Positions 38,155 to 47,250 of a stretch of 57,213 bases of DNA are shown one piece after another. The stretch is from Bdellovibrionota bacterium (GTDB taxonomy: Bacteria > Bdellovibrionota_C > UBA2361 > JBGSMV01): assembly GCA_044356455.1 (NCBI GenBank), contig JBIKWF010000013.1, positions 1 through 57,213 of the forward strand, read 5' to 3'. Made by a program: the position numbers and the translations under genes. Each line of letters starts with the position of its first letter. Position 1 is the first letter of the stretch. The notes beneath the pieces are model-generated. The model did not search any database. It was not told the DNA's origin and saw only the letters and a program-made list of their open reading frames with translations.

Positions 38155-39702
38155 TTATTTTCGAATTGAGCCTAGCGCACCCCGGAGAATCACCCTACCA
38201 AGCGAGGACCCTACGCTTCTGAGCATCGATTTAGCGAACGACTCAAGGTGGCCCTGGCGCTGGGAGCCTGAGCTCTTGGCAGGAGGCTTCTCGCGAGATG
38301 ATGACGATACCGGAGCGTCCGAGGAGGCGCCCCCTCCAAATAGTCCGCCAAGGATTCCTTGGGGCTTTTGGACTGTTTCGCCGGGAGAAGAGGGCGCCAA
38401 GGAGGAGACGGACTCTGCTGCTCGGCCCCTGAGCAGTTCATACGCGGATTCTCTATCGACACTTTGCGCGTACAATGGGGTGAGGGGGGACCTCTTTATC
38501 AGCTCCCCGCGTTCCTCCAAAGTGAGAGGCCCCATGCGCGAGCGAGGGGGCGCGATGAGAATCCTTTCAACAGGAGTTGGCGCTCCTTTCTCATCTAAGA
38601 GAGAGACTAAGGCCTCGCCTACTTCAAGCACGGTGATGACCTCTTCAGTTGCATAGTTGGGGTTTGGCCTAAAGGTTTGAGCCGCGGTGCGCACGGCTTT
38701 CTGATCTGCGGGGGTGTAGGCCCGCAGGGCATGTTGCACCCGGTTCCCAAGCTGCCCAAGAATTGACTCTGGGATGTCGAGTGGGTTTTGAGTCACGAAG
38801 TAGATGCCTACGCCTTTAGACCTGATCAGACGCACCACTAATTCGATTTTTTCGATGAGAGCCTTAGGGGCATCTCGAAAGAGAAGATGCGCTTCGTCGA
38901 AGAAGAAAACGAGCTTCGGCTTTTCTAGGTCTCCCACTTCTTCGAGTTTTTCAAAAAGCTCGGAAAGAAGCCAAAGGAGCAGCGTTGCATAGGCACGTGA
39001 ATCATGAAGAAGCTTGCTCGCGTCGAGAATGCTGATCACGCCGTTCCCGGAGAAGTCCATCTGCATCAGATGTTCTAGTTTAAGCGCAGGCTCTCCAAAG
39101 AGCTGCTCTGCACCTGAAGCCCCAAGAGAGATGACTCCGCGCTGAATTGATGCGAGCGAGGAGGGCGCGAGGTTTCCGTAGGTGCTCCGCAGTTCCGAGG
39201 AGTTATCGGAAACCCAGGTAAGCATGGCCCCTAAGTCTTTAAGATCAAGCAGGAGCATGCCGTGGTCGTCCGCTATTTTGAACAGGACTTCAAGCACATC
39301 TTGCTGGGTTGGGTTGAGATCTAAAAAGCGGCCAAGCAGCAACGGGCCCACCTCAGAAACCGTGGTGCGCATGGGAGTGCCTGACTTCCCATAGACATCC
39401 CACACGACACATGGACAGGGGGCACCTTCCCAATTGGTAATTCCAAGGGAGGTGAGGCGTTTTGTGATTTTCTCGTTCGGCTGACCTGCCTTTGCAAGTC
39501 CGGCAAGATCGCCTTTCACGTCCGCCATAAAAACAGGGACGCCGCTACGGGAGAATTGTTCGGCGAGCATTTGAAGAGTCACGGTTTTGCCAGTGCCGGT
39601 AGCTCCGGCAATAAGGCCGTGGCGGTTGGCCATTGAAAGAAGGAGTGAGGGAGTAACGCCTGTATTCGAACGGCCTAAGGTGAGGGGAGAAGTAGGGGTC
39701 AT
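38155..39702 (-). CDS. DUF853/YjgR HerA-like ATPase
   Basis: MANRHGLIAGATGTGKT; DVKGDL; FFDEAH; LIRSKGVG; LGNRVQHALRA. Confidence 0.92.
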   Translation of the reverse strand: MTPTSPLTLGRSNTGVTPSLLLSMANRHGLIAGATGTGKTVTLQMLAEQFSRSGVPVFMADVKGDLAGLAKAGQPNEKITKRLTSLGITNWEGAPCPCVVWDVYGKSGTPMRTTVSEVGPLLLGRFLDLNPTQQDVLEVLFKIADDHGMLLLDLKDLGAMLTWVSDNSSELRSTYGNLAPSSLASIQRGVISLGASGAEQLFGEPALKLEHLMQMDFSGNGVISILDASKLLHDSRAYATLLLWLLSELFEKLEEVGDLEKPKLVFFFDEAHLLFRDAPKALIEKIELVVRLIRSKGVGIYFVTQNPLDIPESILGQLGNRVQHALRAYTPADQKAVRTAAQTFRPNPNYATEEVITVLEVGEALVSLLDEKGAPTPVERILIAPPRSRMGPLTLEERGELIKRSPLTPLYAQSVDRESAYELLRGRAAESVSSLAPSSPGETVQKPQGILGGLFGGGASSDAPVSSSSREKPPAKSSGSQRQGHLESFAKSMLRSVGSSLGRVILRGALGSIRK

Positions 39703-39793
39703 ACGTTCCTTTTAATCATTAGCACAGGCTGCTTGGGCCGAAGACTATAAGGACGCAATCATCCTAATCTTGTTGCTATTTTTCAATCGTAAC

Positions 39794-39843
39794 TTAGCCT
39801 GGTTTGCTCCCGGCCCGGAAGGGCCGGGAGCAAACCAGGCTAA
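39794..39843. repeat. Perfect long hairpin abutting the family-2 element
   Basis: TTAGCCTGGTTTGCTCCCGGCCC-GGAA-GGGCCGGGAGCAAACCAGGCTAA. Confidence 0.8.
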
Positions 39844-40035
39844 CTAACGCCCGGACGGCGTTAGCAAATCGCGACCGGAGGGAGTATCGCGCTATTGGCG
39901 CGTAAAGAACGCGACGGAGCGCACCGGAGTGCGACGCCGTGTTCGCGGCGCTCGCAGGTGCGCGATGTTGGAAATCCGCCTGGATGGCGGATTTCCAACG
40001 CAGTCTCACGGATCCGACAGGGATCTCGTGAGACA
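39844..40035 (+). repeat. Multi-hairpin dispersed element family 2, copy 3
   Basis: CTAACGCCCGGACGGCGTTAGCAAATCGCGACC...GTCTCACGGATCC..GGATCTCGTGAGAC. Confidence 0.8.
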
Positions 40036-40193
40036 TGACGGTTGGTGCGGTTGTGAAGTTTTTACGGGGGTATCGTGCCTTATTCGCAAAGAGGTGAAGT
40101 TGGTTTAAGCCTCGTCACGCGAGCTGGGCTTTTGCTAATTCCTATTCGCACGTAAGATTTGATGGAGCTAATTTGGGAAATACCGAAGAGCCC

Positions 40194-40294
40194 ACCTCTG
40201 TGTACCTCTGAGCCCTCCGTGGTGAAATTCTAATGAAGAAATTCACCAGGGAGGGCACAGAGGTATCTTAAGAATGGAGGGTTTTCAGAAGCCC
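40194..40294. mobile_element. Degenerate MITE-like family 1 copy (one end eroded)
   Basis: CTCTGTGTACCTCTGAGCCCTCCGTGGTGAAATT...ATTCACCAGGGAGGGCACAGAG...TTTTCAGAAGCCCC. Confidence 0.65.
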
Positions 40295-40331
40295 CCAGAT
40301 TCCCCGCTCATTTTCCGGAGATTCCTGCCCT

Positions 40332-41858
40332 ATGAATCGCACCCACCTTATTCCACTTTCGCTGCTCATGTTGTTTGCAACTTCCGCGAACGCTGCCCCC
40401 ACACTGCCTGTGGACTCTATTCAAGAGGCCTTTAAAGCCCAGTCTATTGATCTAAGCGAAAGAGATGTGGCCTCAATTCGGGGCAGTCTTGAAACCGCGC
40501 TCGCAGAGAAGTGTAAGTCGGGGGGCTCCTTGGGAAACAGCAAAGTGGGCTTTGCCGCCGTTGAGATTGCGGCAGCGCTGGGGCTTAACCCTAAAGTAGA
40601 TGGGACCCTTAAAGAGAGGATTACCAAATCAATTGGCTCTCTTGCATGCGTGCCCTCAGGCCGTGAGTGTGGCGCCATGGTTGAGGGATGCCGGATCCCT
40701 CGCCTAGATCCAGATTGGAATAGCTATTTTGAAAAGACTCTTGGACTGAATTCCAATCGCGAGTTTCTAAGGCTCGTAGGAGAAAAGAAGTTTTCGCCGG
40801 TAAAAATTTCTTGGGAAGATATTGGGCGCTACGAAGGCAGCGTTTGGGGTGACCGAATAAGTGACGTAGGGATATGGGTTCGCAAAGTCGAATCAGACCC
40901 CAGTTCTGCCCAGCTTGCACTCTCCGTGCGCCGAGACCAAAACTTCCGAGATAAGGTTCTTGTGGTACCGGCCGAGAAAATAAAGATTCATCTTAAAGAT
41001 GGAGATGAGACAAGAGAGGTGTCGCTCCCCGAACGCCTTGAAGAGCTGGAGCTGACTTCAAAAACTAAGGATAAAAACGTTATCGTTTCAAATCAGTTTG
41101 CAATTGTACCGGTGCCTTCTCGCACGATGCGTACCGACCGCTCTTCTTCGGCCGAGGAAGGCGAGGCGCCGCGAGTGGCCTTTAATTTTAGTATCTTCCC
41201 TTATGGCTCAACGAACTTTGTTATCACGGACGTGATTGAAGGGAGTTCAGACGCGATAGTGGGGCCCGGGAATCATCAGCTCCTCTTCGCGAACATAGAT
41301 GGCGAAAAGGCCCCTTTTACCGCAAGCCGCGCCAAGGAGCGAAAGGACTTGCTTAAGTTGGAGGCGGATCTCAAGTCTCAGGGGATGGATGTAGATGTGC
41401 AGCGCTACTACCTTATCCAAATTCCGTTAAAGAGAGAGGTGCAAGGAATTAAGCTTTCCAACATGGGGACGCCTCCCCGCGTGTTCTCCAATGTGATGCC
41501 GCTCATAGGCGCCATAGGTGCAGGGGGCGCTCTATCGAAATCGCTTTCTATCCAGCCACAAGAAGAAGGCGAGCAATATGTTGAGGATGCCTCTGAAGCA
41601 GCCCCTCAGGCCGCGGCCCCACTTCGCAGTCGCGGCTTAGAGAAAGTTGCTATTGGTCACGGCGAAACGGAGGGGCCTTACTCAGTAGGCTCAGGCTACG
41701 CAGGCGCACGCGCCGAGGAGCCAATCCGTGTGACGGTGGTGTATTTCGTAACCCCGGTCGGGGAGGTTACTCGAAAGGACATGGAAACTTTCACCAAGGC
41801 ATTTGAGAGCTGGGATGATGCGGCGCTTTGGGGCGGTTCTTTTGTCACCAAAGAGTAG
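40332..41858 (+). CDS. Hypothetical secreted protein
   Basis: 508-aa ORF with signal peptide (..TSANA-A); no family recognised with confidence. Confidence 0.75.
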   Translation: MNRTHLIPLSLLMLFATSANAAPTLPVDSIQEAFKAQSIDLSERDVASIRGSLETALAEKCKSGGSLGNSKVGFAAVEIAAALGLNPKVDGTLKERITKSIGSLACVPSGRECGAMVEGCRIPRLDPDWNSYFEKTLGLNSNREFLRLVGEKKFSPVKISWEDIGRYEGSVWGDRISDVGIWVRKVESDPSSAQLALSVRRDQNFRDKVLVVPAEKIKIHLKDGDETREVSLPERLEELELTSKTKDKNVIVSNQFAIVPVPSRTMRTDRSSSAEEGEAPRVAFNFSIFPYGSTNFVITDVIEGSSDAIVGPGNHQLLFANIDGEKAPFTASRAKERKDLLKLEADLKSQGMDVDVQRYYLIQIPLKREVQGIKLSNMGTPPRVFSNVMPLIGAIGAGGALSKSLSIQPQEEGEQYVEDASEAAPQAAAPLRSRGLEKVAIGHGETEGPYSVGSGYAGARAEEPIRVTVVYFVTPVGEVTRKDMETFTKAFESWDDAALWGGSFVTKE

Positions 41859-41870
41859 CGTTAACCGACG

Positions 41871-41906
41871 TATCTCACGGGCCCTGTGTGCCCCGTGAGA
41901 TATAAC
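41871..41906. repeat. Solo terminal hairpin of the family-2 element (between convergent genes)
   Basis: TATCTCACGGG...CCCGTGAGATATAAC. Confidence 0.6.
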
Positions 41907-41908
41907 GA

Positions 41909-42220
41909 CTAGAATTTGCAAGGTCCCCCGCGGCACGGTTTCCCTTTGCCCGGGTCAGTGTTTGGATTTTTAGCCGGTTCAGCGGGCATGGGTTGACCTG
42001 GTGGCTCTGGTTTGGTGTCTGGAGCAGGTTTTGTCGCGGGCTTGCTCGGCTCCTTTTCTGAGGCCGCGGGACGAAATTGCAAAGAGCCCAATTCCGAAAG
42101 ACTTAAATCAAAAGCTTGAGGCGCAGGTCTTGGGCTCCATGCCTCAAGAGGTGAAGGCTCTGAAGGGAGGCGAACCTGTGATTGCCTAAGGTGAGTTTTC
42201 ATCGGAACTCCTAGTTTCAA
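41909..42220 (-). CDS. Small Pro-rich hypothetical protein
   Basis: Co-directional with the 1008-aa gene; low complexity; ends CRGGPCKF. Confidence 0.4.
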   Translation of the reverse strand: MKLGVPMKTHLRQSQVRLPSEPSPLEAWSPRPAPQAFDLSLSELGSLQFRPAASEKEPSKPATKPAPDTKPEPPGQPMPAEPAKNPNTDPGKGKPCRGGPCKF

Positions 42221-42241
42221 ATTCTCGAATCTATTTTCAGC

Positions 42242-45200
42242 CTAAACAGAAGCGCCCATTTCCCTCATTTGCTCCAAGTAATTTTCACGGGCGACCACCC
42301 GCGGCGGGAAGAAGGGATTATGTATCAGCTTTGGGGCAACCTCACGAAGCCACCAATCTTGAACTTCATCCGGAATCTCCCCGTCAATTCTATCAAATAT
42401 CAGCGGCGGTCCCGATCGTCTCCATACCATGCCAGAGCCAGAGTCGATAACAAAGGGGGTATCAGGCGTTTGGGCGTAGCTGAACCCGTCAGCGAGAACA
42501 AGAATCGGGGCCTCTGATTTTGGAATTCCTTTGGCTCTGTTTTCAAATGCTAGGCGAGAAATTTCTTCCAGCTTGCGCAGAGTTCTGCCCCCAAATAACC
42601 TCTCTCGCTGCTCGCGTTTCTCAGCACTTAGTCCCGTGAGACTTAGGTCTTCAAGAACGAACTCAGGGGTGTACCCCTCCCTGCGCTCTTCATCCTCGCG
42701 TGTCGAAAAGTCGGGCAACTCTAGGGCCCATGGGTCTAGATCTTCTAGCTCGCCAAGAGGCGCACCCGACGCCTCGCTGCGCCTTTGCAGAGAACCCTGC
42801 GGAATAGAGAAGCCGCAGGCGTCAATGCTCTCTGCTGCCTTGTACAGATTCAAAAGATTCTCAAAGTTCATGAAGACCGTATAGAGCTCCTCATGGGCTC
42901 TCAGTAGCTTAGCCAAAATATCTTGCCGGCTAGCGATGTGCCATTTGTGAGAATGCCCGAAGTTATCGAGGTAAATTCGGTGCTGTTTGACCTGTTCCCA
43001 CTCGTGGTGCGGAGAGCTTTTAGGCGCAAATCCATTGCACAGACCTCCACCAATATTAGAGCCAGAGCCGAGATTAATCACACCTACGGCGGTGCCCATT
43101 TCTTTGCAGCGCTTCGCCAAGTTCGCGACTGTAGGTGGGTAGGCACAAAGATTCTCTCCCTGGGGGAGTGTTGAAAAGGTCTCAGGGGAAGGGTCATAGG
43201 GCACCGCAAAGGGATCAATGAAGGTGCGATAGACTCTCGTTGGCACAAGTATCTCGTGTGTGATTCCGCTTGAGTCGTAGTGGTGATTGTACTCAACGCG
43301 TGTCAAATGCTCGCCCGCGTAACTAAATTCTCTTAGGTCTGGAGGGATAATAGCCCTTTGCAACCTCAGAAAAACGAAAGTGGTCTCTGAGGCATAATCG
43401 AGGGGATGAAGAATCCGGCCAGCGCTCGATAAATTATCGACGCCAAATTCTTTAAGGATTCCAGTCTTCCAGCGGTGGAAGGGATTTCGCTGGGCATCCA
43501 ATGGGTCGGTTGCAAATACGCGCTCAGGGAGGAATCCGCGCAGAACTCGTCCTCGGCCTGGAAGCTGGTTAATGTCCGCTGCTGGTAGAATTTGAAGTCG
43601 GTCCTGTCCTGCAATTCGAAGTGCGAACTCATCAAAAGGACAGCGCCGTGAGAGCGGACTATGGCGGAAGGTGTGGGTATGCGCCCAAAAGCCATAATAG
43701 CTATCTATCTGATGCTTGAACACCCGCAAGACCTGTTCATTAAAACGAGCGAGGCGAGGCTGATTCTCTGGGGAAAGAATCGAGAAGGGTGGATTGTCCG
43801 CACCCGCTACGGCATTGGAGGGAAATGCGAGCTCAAGCTGTTCGCGGCGCTTGTCGTCTGAGGTGACGAGCATTTCGGAAATATAAGCATGAGCGGTGAG
43901 CTCAATCACGAACTTTTCTAATTCTTGGAGGCTGCTTATGCGGGATTGTTCAGGAAGCCCGTGTCCTTGAAGTACAAGACAAGCTTTGCGGATATGATCG
44001 GGCCCATCAAATATGATTGTTCTAAGGTTTGCGGGAGGGGCGAGGCGCTCGTCGTCGGATTGTGCCCCGACAATTCTTGCAACCACGTTTCTAAGACGCG
44101 ACGGCCATCCATCAGACTCGCCCTCTTGGAGCATGCGCATGGTAAAGGAGGAAAGCGCGGTAGCAAGTCGGCTCAGAGCCTGTATCTGTTGAGGGTCCTC
44201 TCCCGATTTCTCGAGCAGGGTGCCAAGCAGCGAGGTGATCGTAAAAGGCAAGTAAGAGACAGAGGCGCCAGCGCGTACAAGATTCGCTGCATAAGTCAGC
44301 TTAGTGCCAAGTTCAGATTCACGTTCTGACGCGCAATCTCGGTAAAAGCGACGGAGCGCAATAGGATCATTCGAAAAACTCTTTGCGATGGCGTTTGCGT
44401 CCGGGAGTATAGATGAATCTTTATAGGCGAGTTTCTCGAAAGCAGTGATGGTTCTTAACGCGAGGCGGAGTTCCTCGGGGCGCGAGTAGGTATCAGGGTG
44501 AGTTTCAGCCTGCAGCGAAAGAGTTCTGAGGTAATCAGCAAGCGGGGAGGAGTAGGCGGGGCGAGTCGCGGCGAGTTGGGGCAACTGCCTCTTTTCCGCA
44601 CGTCGAGACAAGGCATACCCAAAAAAGGCAGCGCGTGCCGCTGATTCTGAGCCAATGGGAGGAGTGCCAGACCATGAGCTGGTGGCACGTAAGGCATGGA
44701 GCACTGAGCCCTTAGAGCGTGAAGTGTAGGTCAGAACCTCTAAGAGGGCTCTCCAACTTTTCACGCTTGGAAGCGAAGGACACAGGGTATTCATCGCCTC
44801 GAGTGCCCCTCGCAAGGCCGTAGTTTTTTGATCCCCGGAAATCTTTGAAACAATTCGAGAGATTTGGAGGAACTGCTCTGTGCTGGGGCGAAGGAGAGCA
44901 AAATGTTCGGTCAGCTGAAAAGAGGCTCGTAATCCATAGGGCCTTGAGCCAAAGGCGCCAATCAACGATTCCAAGAGTGCTGCCTCCGCGGGTGCGTTCT
45001 CTCGCTGAGCAGCTCCCTGCGCATATTCAGCCAAGGACTGAGCGGTTTTAGGAAGCTGTTCTTGGTCGCTAAGTTTTGCAAGCAGTGGAGCGTGACGCTC
45101 TATAATCGCACGAGCCTCGAGCGGGAGGAGGCGAGGCGCTCCAAGCTCTTGCGGTTCGGTCAGCTTGACTGGAGGTTGCTTCTGACTTTGTGCGGACTTA

Positions 45201-45268
45201 TCAGACGAGCCGCCGCCTGAGTGCGAGCCATCGGGAGAATCTGGAGAAAGCAGGCGCTGGAACATCAT
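42242..45268 (-). CDS. Large hypothetical protein
   Basis: 1008-aa uninterrupted ORF; no family recognised. Confidence 0.75.
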   Translation of the reverse strand: MMFQRLLSPDSPDGSHSGGGSSDKSAQSQKQPPVKLTEPQELGAPRLLPLEARAIIERHAPLLAKLSDQEQLPKTAQSLAEYAQGAAQRENAPAEAALLESLIGAFGSRPYGLRASFQLTEHFALLRPSTEQFLQISRIVSKISGDQKTTALRGALEAMNTLCPSLPSVKSWRALLEVLTYTSRSKGSVLHALRATSSWSGTPPIGSESAARAAFFGYALSRRAEKRQLPQLAATRPAYSSPLADYLRTLSLQAETHPDTYSRPEELRLALRTITAFEKLAYKDSSILPDANAIAKSFSNDPIALRRFYRDCASERESELGTKLTYAANLVRAGASVSYLPFTITSLLGTLLEKSGEDPQQIQALSRLATALSSFTMRMLQEGESDGWPSRLRNVVARIVGAQSDDERLAPPANLRTIIFDGPDHIRKACLVLQGHGLPEQSRISSLQELEKFVIELTAHAYISEMLVTSDDKRREQLELAFPSNAVAGADNPPFSILSPENQPRLARFNEQVLRVFKHQIDSYYGFWAHTHTFRHSPLSRRCPFDEFALRIAGQDRLQILPAADINQLPGRGRVLRGFLPERVFATDPLDAQRNPFHRWKTGILKEFGVDNLSSAGRILHPLDYASETTFVFLRLQRAIIPPDLREFSYAGEHLTRVEYNHHYDSSGITHEILVPTRVYRTFIDPFAVPYDPSPETFSTLPQGENLCAYPPTVANLAKRCKEMGTAVGVINLGSGSNIGGGLCNGFAPKSSPHHEWEQVKQHRIYLDNFGHSHKWHIASRQDILAKLLRAHEELYTVFMNFENLLNLYKAAESIDACGFSIPQGSLQRRSEASGAPLGELEDLDPWALELPDFSTREDEERREGYTPEFVLEDLSLTGLSAEKREQRERLFGGRTLRKLEEISRLAFENRAKGIPKSEAPILVLADGFSYAQTPDTPFVIDSGSGMVWRRSGPPLIFDRIDGEIPDEVQDWWLREVAPKLIHNPFFPPRVVARENYLEQMREMGASV

Positions 45269-45638
45269 TTACAGCAACAGCAATTCTTAGGGGCGGTAAG
45301 CCTCGAAGGACCCGCACCATAACGCCAGTAAAGCGGGATTTCAAACTTTGTTGTGACCTAGCATGCTGAAAAGCCACAGGGAAAATGGCAAGCAATATCA
45401 ATGTCTTGGGCGCGGGCCGACGAGGGGTGTGTCGGGTAGGGGGGCGCCAGGAAGTAATTTCTATCGAGCAGTTCTTTGCTGGTGAGTGCGCGGAGGCCTG
45501 CCACAGGGCCACGGGAGCGAGCGCACGTTTGCAAGATCGAACGCGAGGGCAACGAACTCCCCGAATAAATGGGGTTTCGAAAGACGCCCGCACTCTTTAT
45601 CGTCCTGAGTAGTAAATGGTCTTTGGAGTGCGCTTTGT

Positions 45639-46307
45639 ATGACTTGCCGATCAGTTCTCTCACTTAGTCTTATGCTCGTGGGCGCTTCGCTCGCATTGCC
45701 TCAGTTTGGGTTTGCGCAAGCGGCGGTCCGCGGTGTTGACGGAACCGTATGCGCGCTCAAGCGGGTTAGTAACGATGCCCTGCGGAGGAATCTCCCTTTC
45801 CTCACCACTCCTCGCGAAGATTCGACCGGTAAGCTTTCGTGCCCAAATAGCCGCTATCAGCTCTTTAGTGTGAGTGGGGTAGTAAAAACGGGAGTAACTG
45901 ATTTGCAGTCGCTTAAGGGCGAGACTGGTCCTCAAGGACCGGCTGGGGTTGCGGGGCCAATCGGACCCCAGGGCCCCGTTGGCCCTCAAGGTGCACAGGG
46001 CCAGACTGGAGCGCCTGGGATTCCAGGAATTGTAGGTGTAGCCGAGTGCTTTGAAGAGTCTGCTAGCTCAGAAGGCGGGCAGGGTGAGATTATGAAATCA
46101 GCTGAGTGCCCGGCCGGGAGCTTTATGCTGGGCGGTGGTTACTCACAGTCGGCTAATAATGGTCGCCTCTTGAGCCAAGAGATAATTTTTCAACAAGTAG
46201 CAGGGGTGAATACCTACCAGAAGGGGCTTCGTGTTGTCACGCAAGGTGACTCGCAAGCAACACCGCGCGTAGTAACTGTGACTCTCAACTGTTGTCCAAT
46301 CTCGTAA
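45639..46307 (+). CDS. Secreted collagen-like (Gly-X-Y) protein
   Basis: Signal peptide; KGETGPQGPAGVAGPIGPQGPVGPQGAQGQTGAPGIPG; C-terminal CPAG...GGG domain. Confidence 0.85.
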   Translation: MTCRSVLSLSLMLVGASLALPQFGFAQAAVRGVDGTVCALKRVSNDALRRNLPFLTTPREDSTGKLSCPNSRYQLFSVSGVVKTGVTDLQSLKGETGPQGPAGVAGPIGPQGPVGPQGAQGQTGAPGIPGIVGVAECFEESASSEGGQGEIMKSAECPAGSFMLGGGYSQSANNGRLLSQEIIFQQVAGVNTYQKGLRVVTQGDSQATPRVVTVTLNCCPIS

Positions 46308-46351
46308 ATATCGTTGGTTCATTGCGCCCCAAGCATAAATGCGGGCCACCT

Positions 46352-47209
46352 ATGAAACGCTTGTTCGGGTTTGCTCGAATACTTGGTCTTGTCTGCCTCA
46401 CTTATAGCTGGGCAATCCCTCCGGCATTTGCTCAGCAAGCTGCTATCCCGAAGCCGGGCGAATGGACTGTTCGGGTAGAAGCCACCTCGGGAACCAAAGT
46501 TGCTGATGCAGCGCGAAAGTCTTTGGTGGTTGAGCGGGGTGGAAAAGAGCAAGTTCGCCTCACAGGATTCGATTTTAGTTTAGGAGCGTCAGGTCTCCCC
46601 GCAACTGCCGCACTTGGAATTGGAGACATTACGGGGGATTCTACCCCAGAGCTCGTAGTAATTGAGAAAACATCTTCGCGCGAATGCTGCACGCGCCTTA
46701 GGATCTTTGAACTTGGAGAGACGCTCGTTTCTTATCCGCCCCTTAATCTTGGAACCTTTTCGCCTGTGCGCTTCGAGAATACAGATGCACTTCCTGGCTT
46801 TGAGCTCCCAGGCGTTGATCTCACTTTTGCGGGCTGGGGCTCGCGAGATCTGCTTCGTCCGGCATTTCGCGTGGTCTATCAACCCAAGTCTGGGAAATGG
46901 CGATTATGGCGCCCTAAAGAGAAGGGGCAAAGAGAGGTGCCTAAAGAACTTATTTCTGCGATCAAGCAAAAGCTATCCGCGGTAGATCCTTCTCACCCCG
47001 CGCAGGATCTCCCCGAGATTCTTACTAGCTCCGTTGTGGGATATATCTACGAGGGGCGAGCCAAGGAGGCACGAACCTTGCTCGATGCCGTTTGGCCAGA
47101 AGACCGAAAGGGAAAGGGCGCATATGTTTCTGCAATTCGTGAGCGTATGCTGCTCGCGCCATTCGCCGAGGATCTAAAGGCAGAGCTTGAAATCTTAGCC
47201 GGAAAATAG
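46352..47209 (+). CDS. Hypothetical secreted protein
   Basis: Start MKRLF at 46352 with signal peptide; DITGDSTPELVV (FG-GAP/VCBS-like loop) followed by CC. Confidence 0.7.
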   Translation: MKRLFGFARILGLVCLTYSWAIPPAFAQQAAIPKPGEWTVRVEATSGTKVADAARKSLVVERGGKEQVRLTGFDFSLGASGLPATAALGIGDITGDSTPELVVIEKTSSRECCTRLRIFELGETLVSYPPLNLGTFSPVRFENTDALPGFELPGVDLTFAGWGSRDLLRPAFRVVYQPKSGKWRLWRPKEKGQREVPKELISAIKQKLSAVDPSHPAQDLPEILTSSVVGYIYEGRAKEARTLLDAVWPEDRKGKGAYVSAIRERMLLAPFAEDLKAELEILAGK

Positions 47210-47250
47210 AGCGAGTTGATGGAGCGGGCGTTTCGCGAACCTCTGAAAAA

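Noticed and set aside
36617..38656. Long plus-strand ORFs 36617..37201 and 38105..38656
   Set aside because: They are antisense to well-supported HtrA and DUF853 genes and have no recognisable motifs.
34867..39702. EVE protein plus HerA-like DUF853 as a defence system
   Set aside because: Both are common stand-alone genes, here separated by map and htrA, with no partner nuclease.
45639..46307. Collagen-like gene as a prophage tail fibre
   Set aside because: It has a signal peptide and no neighbouring phage genes.
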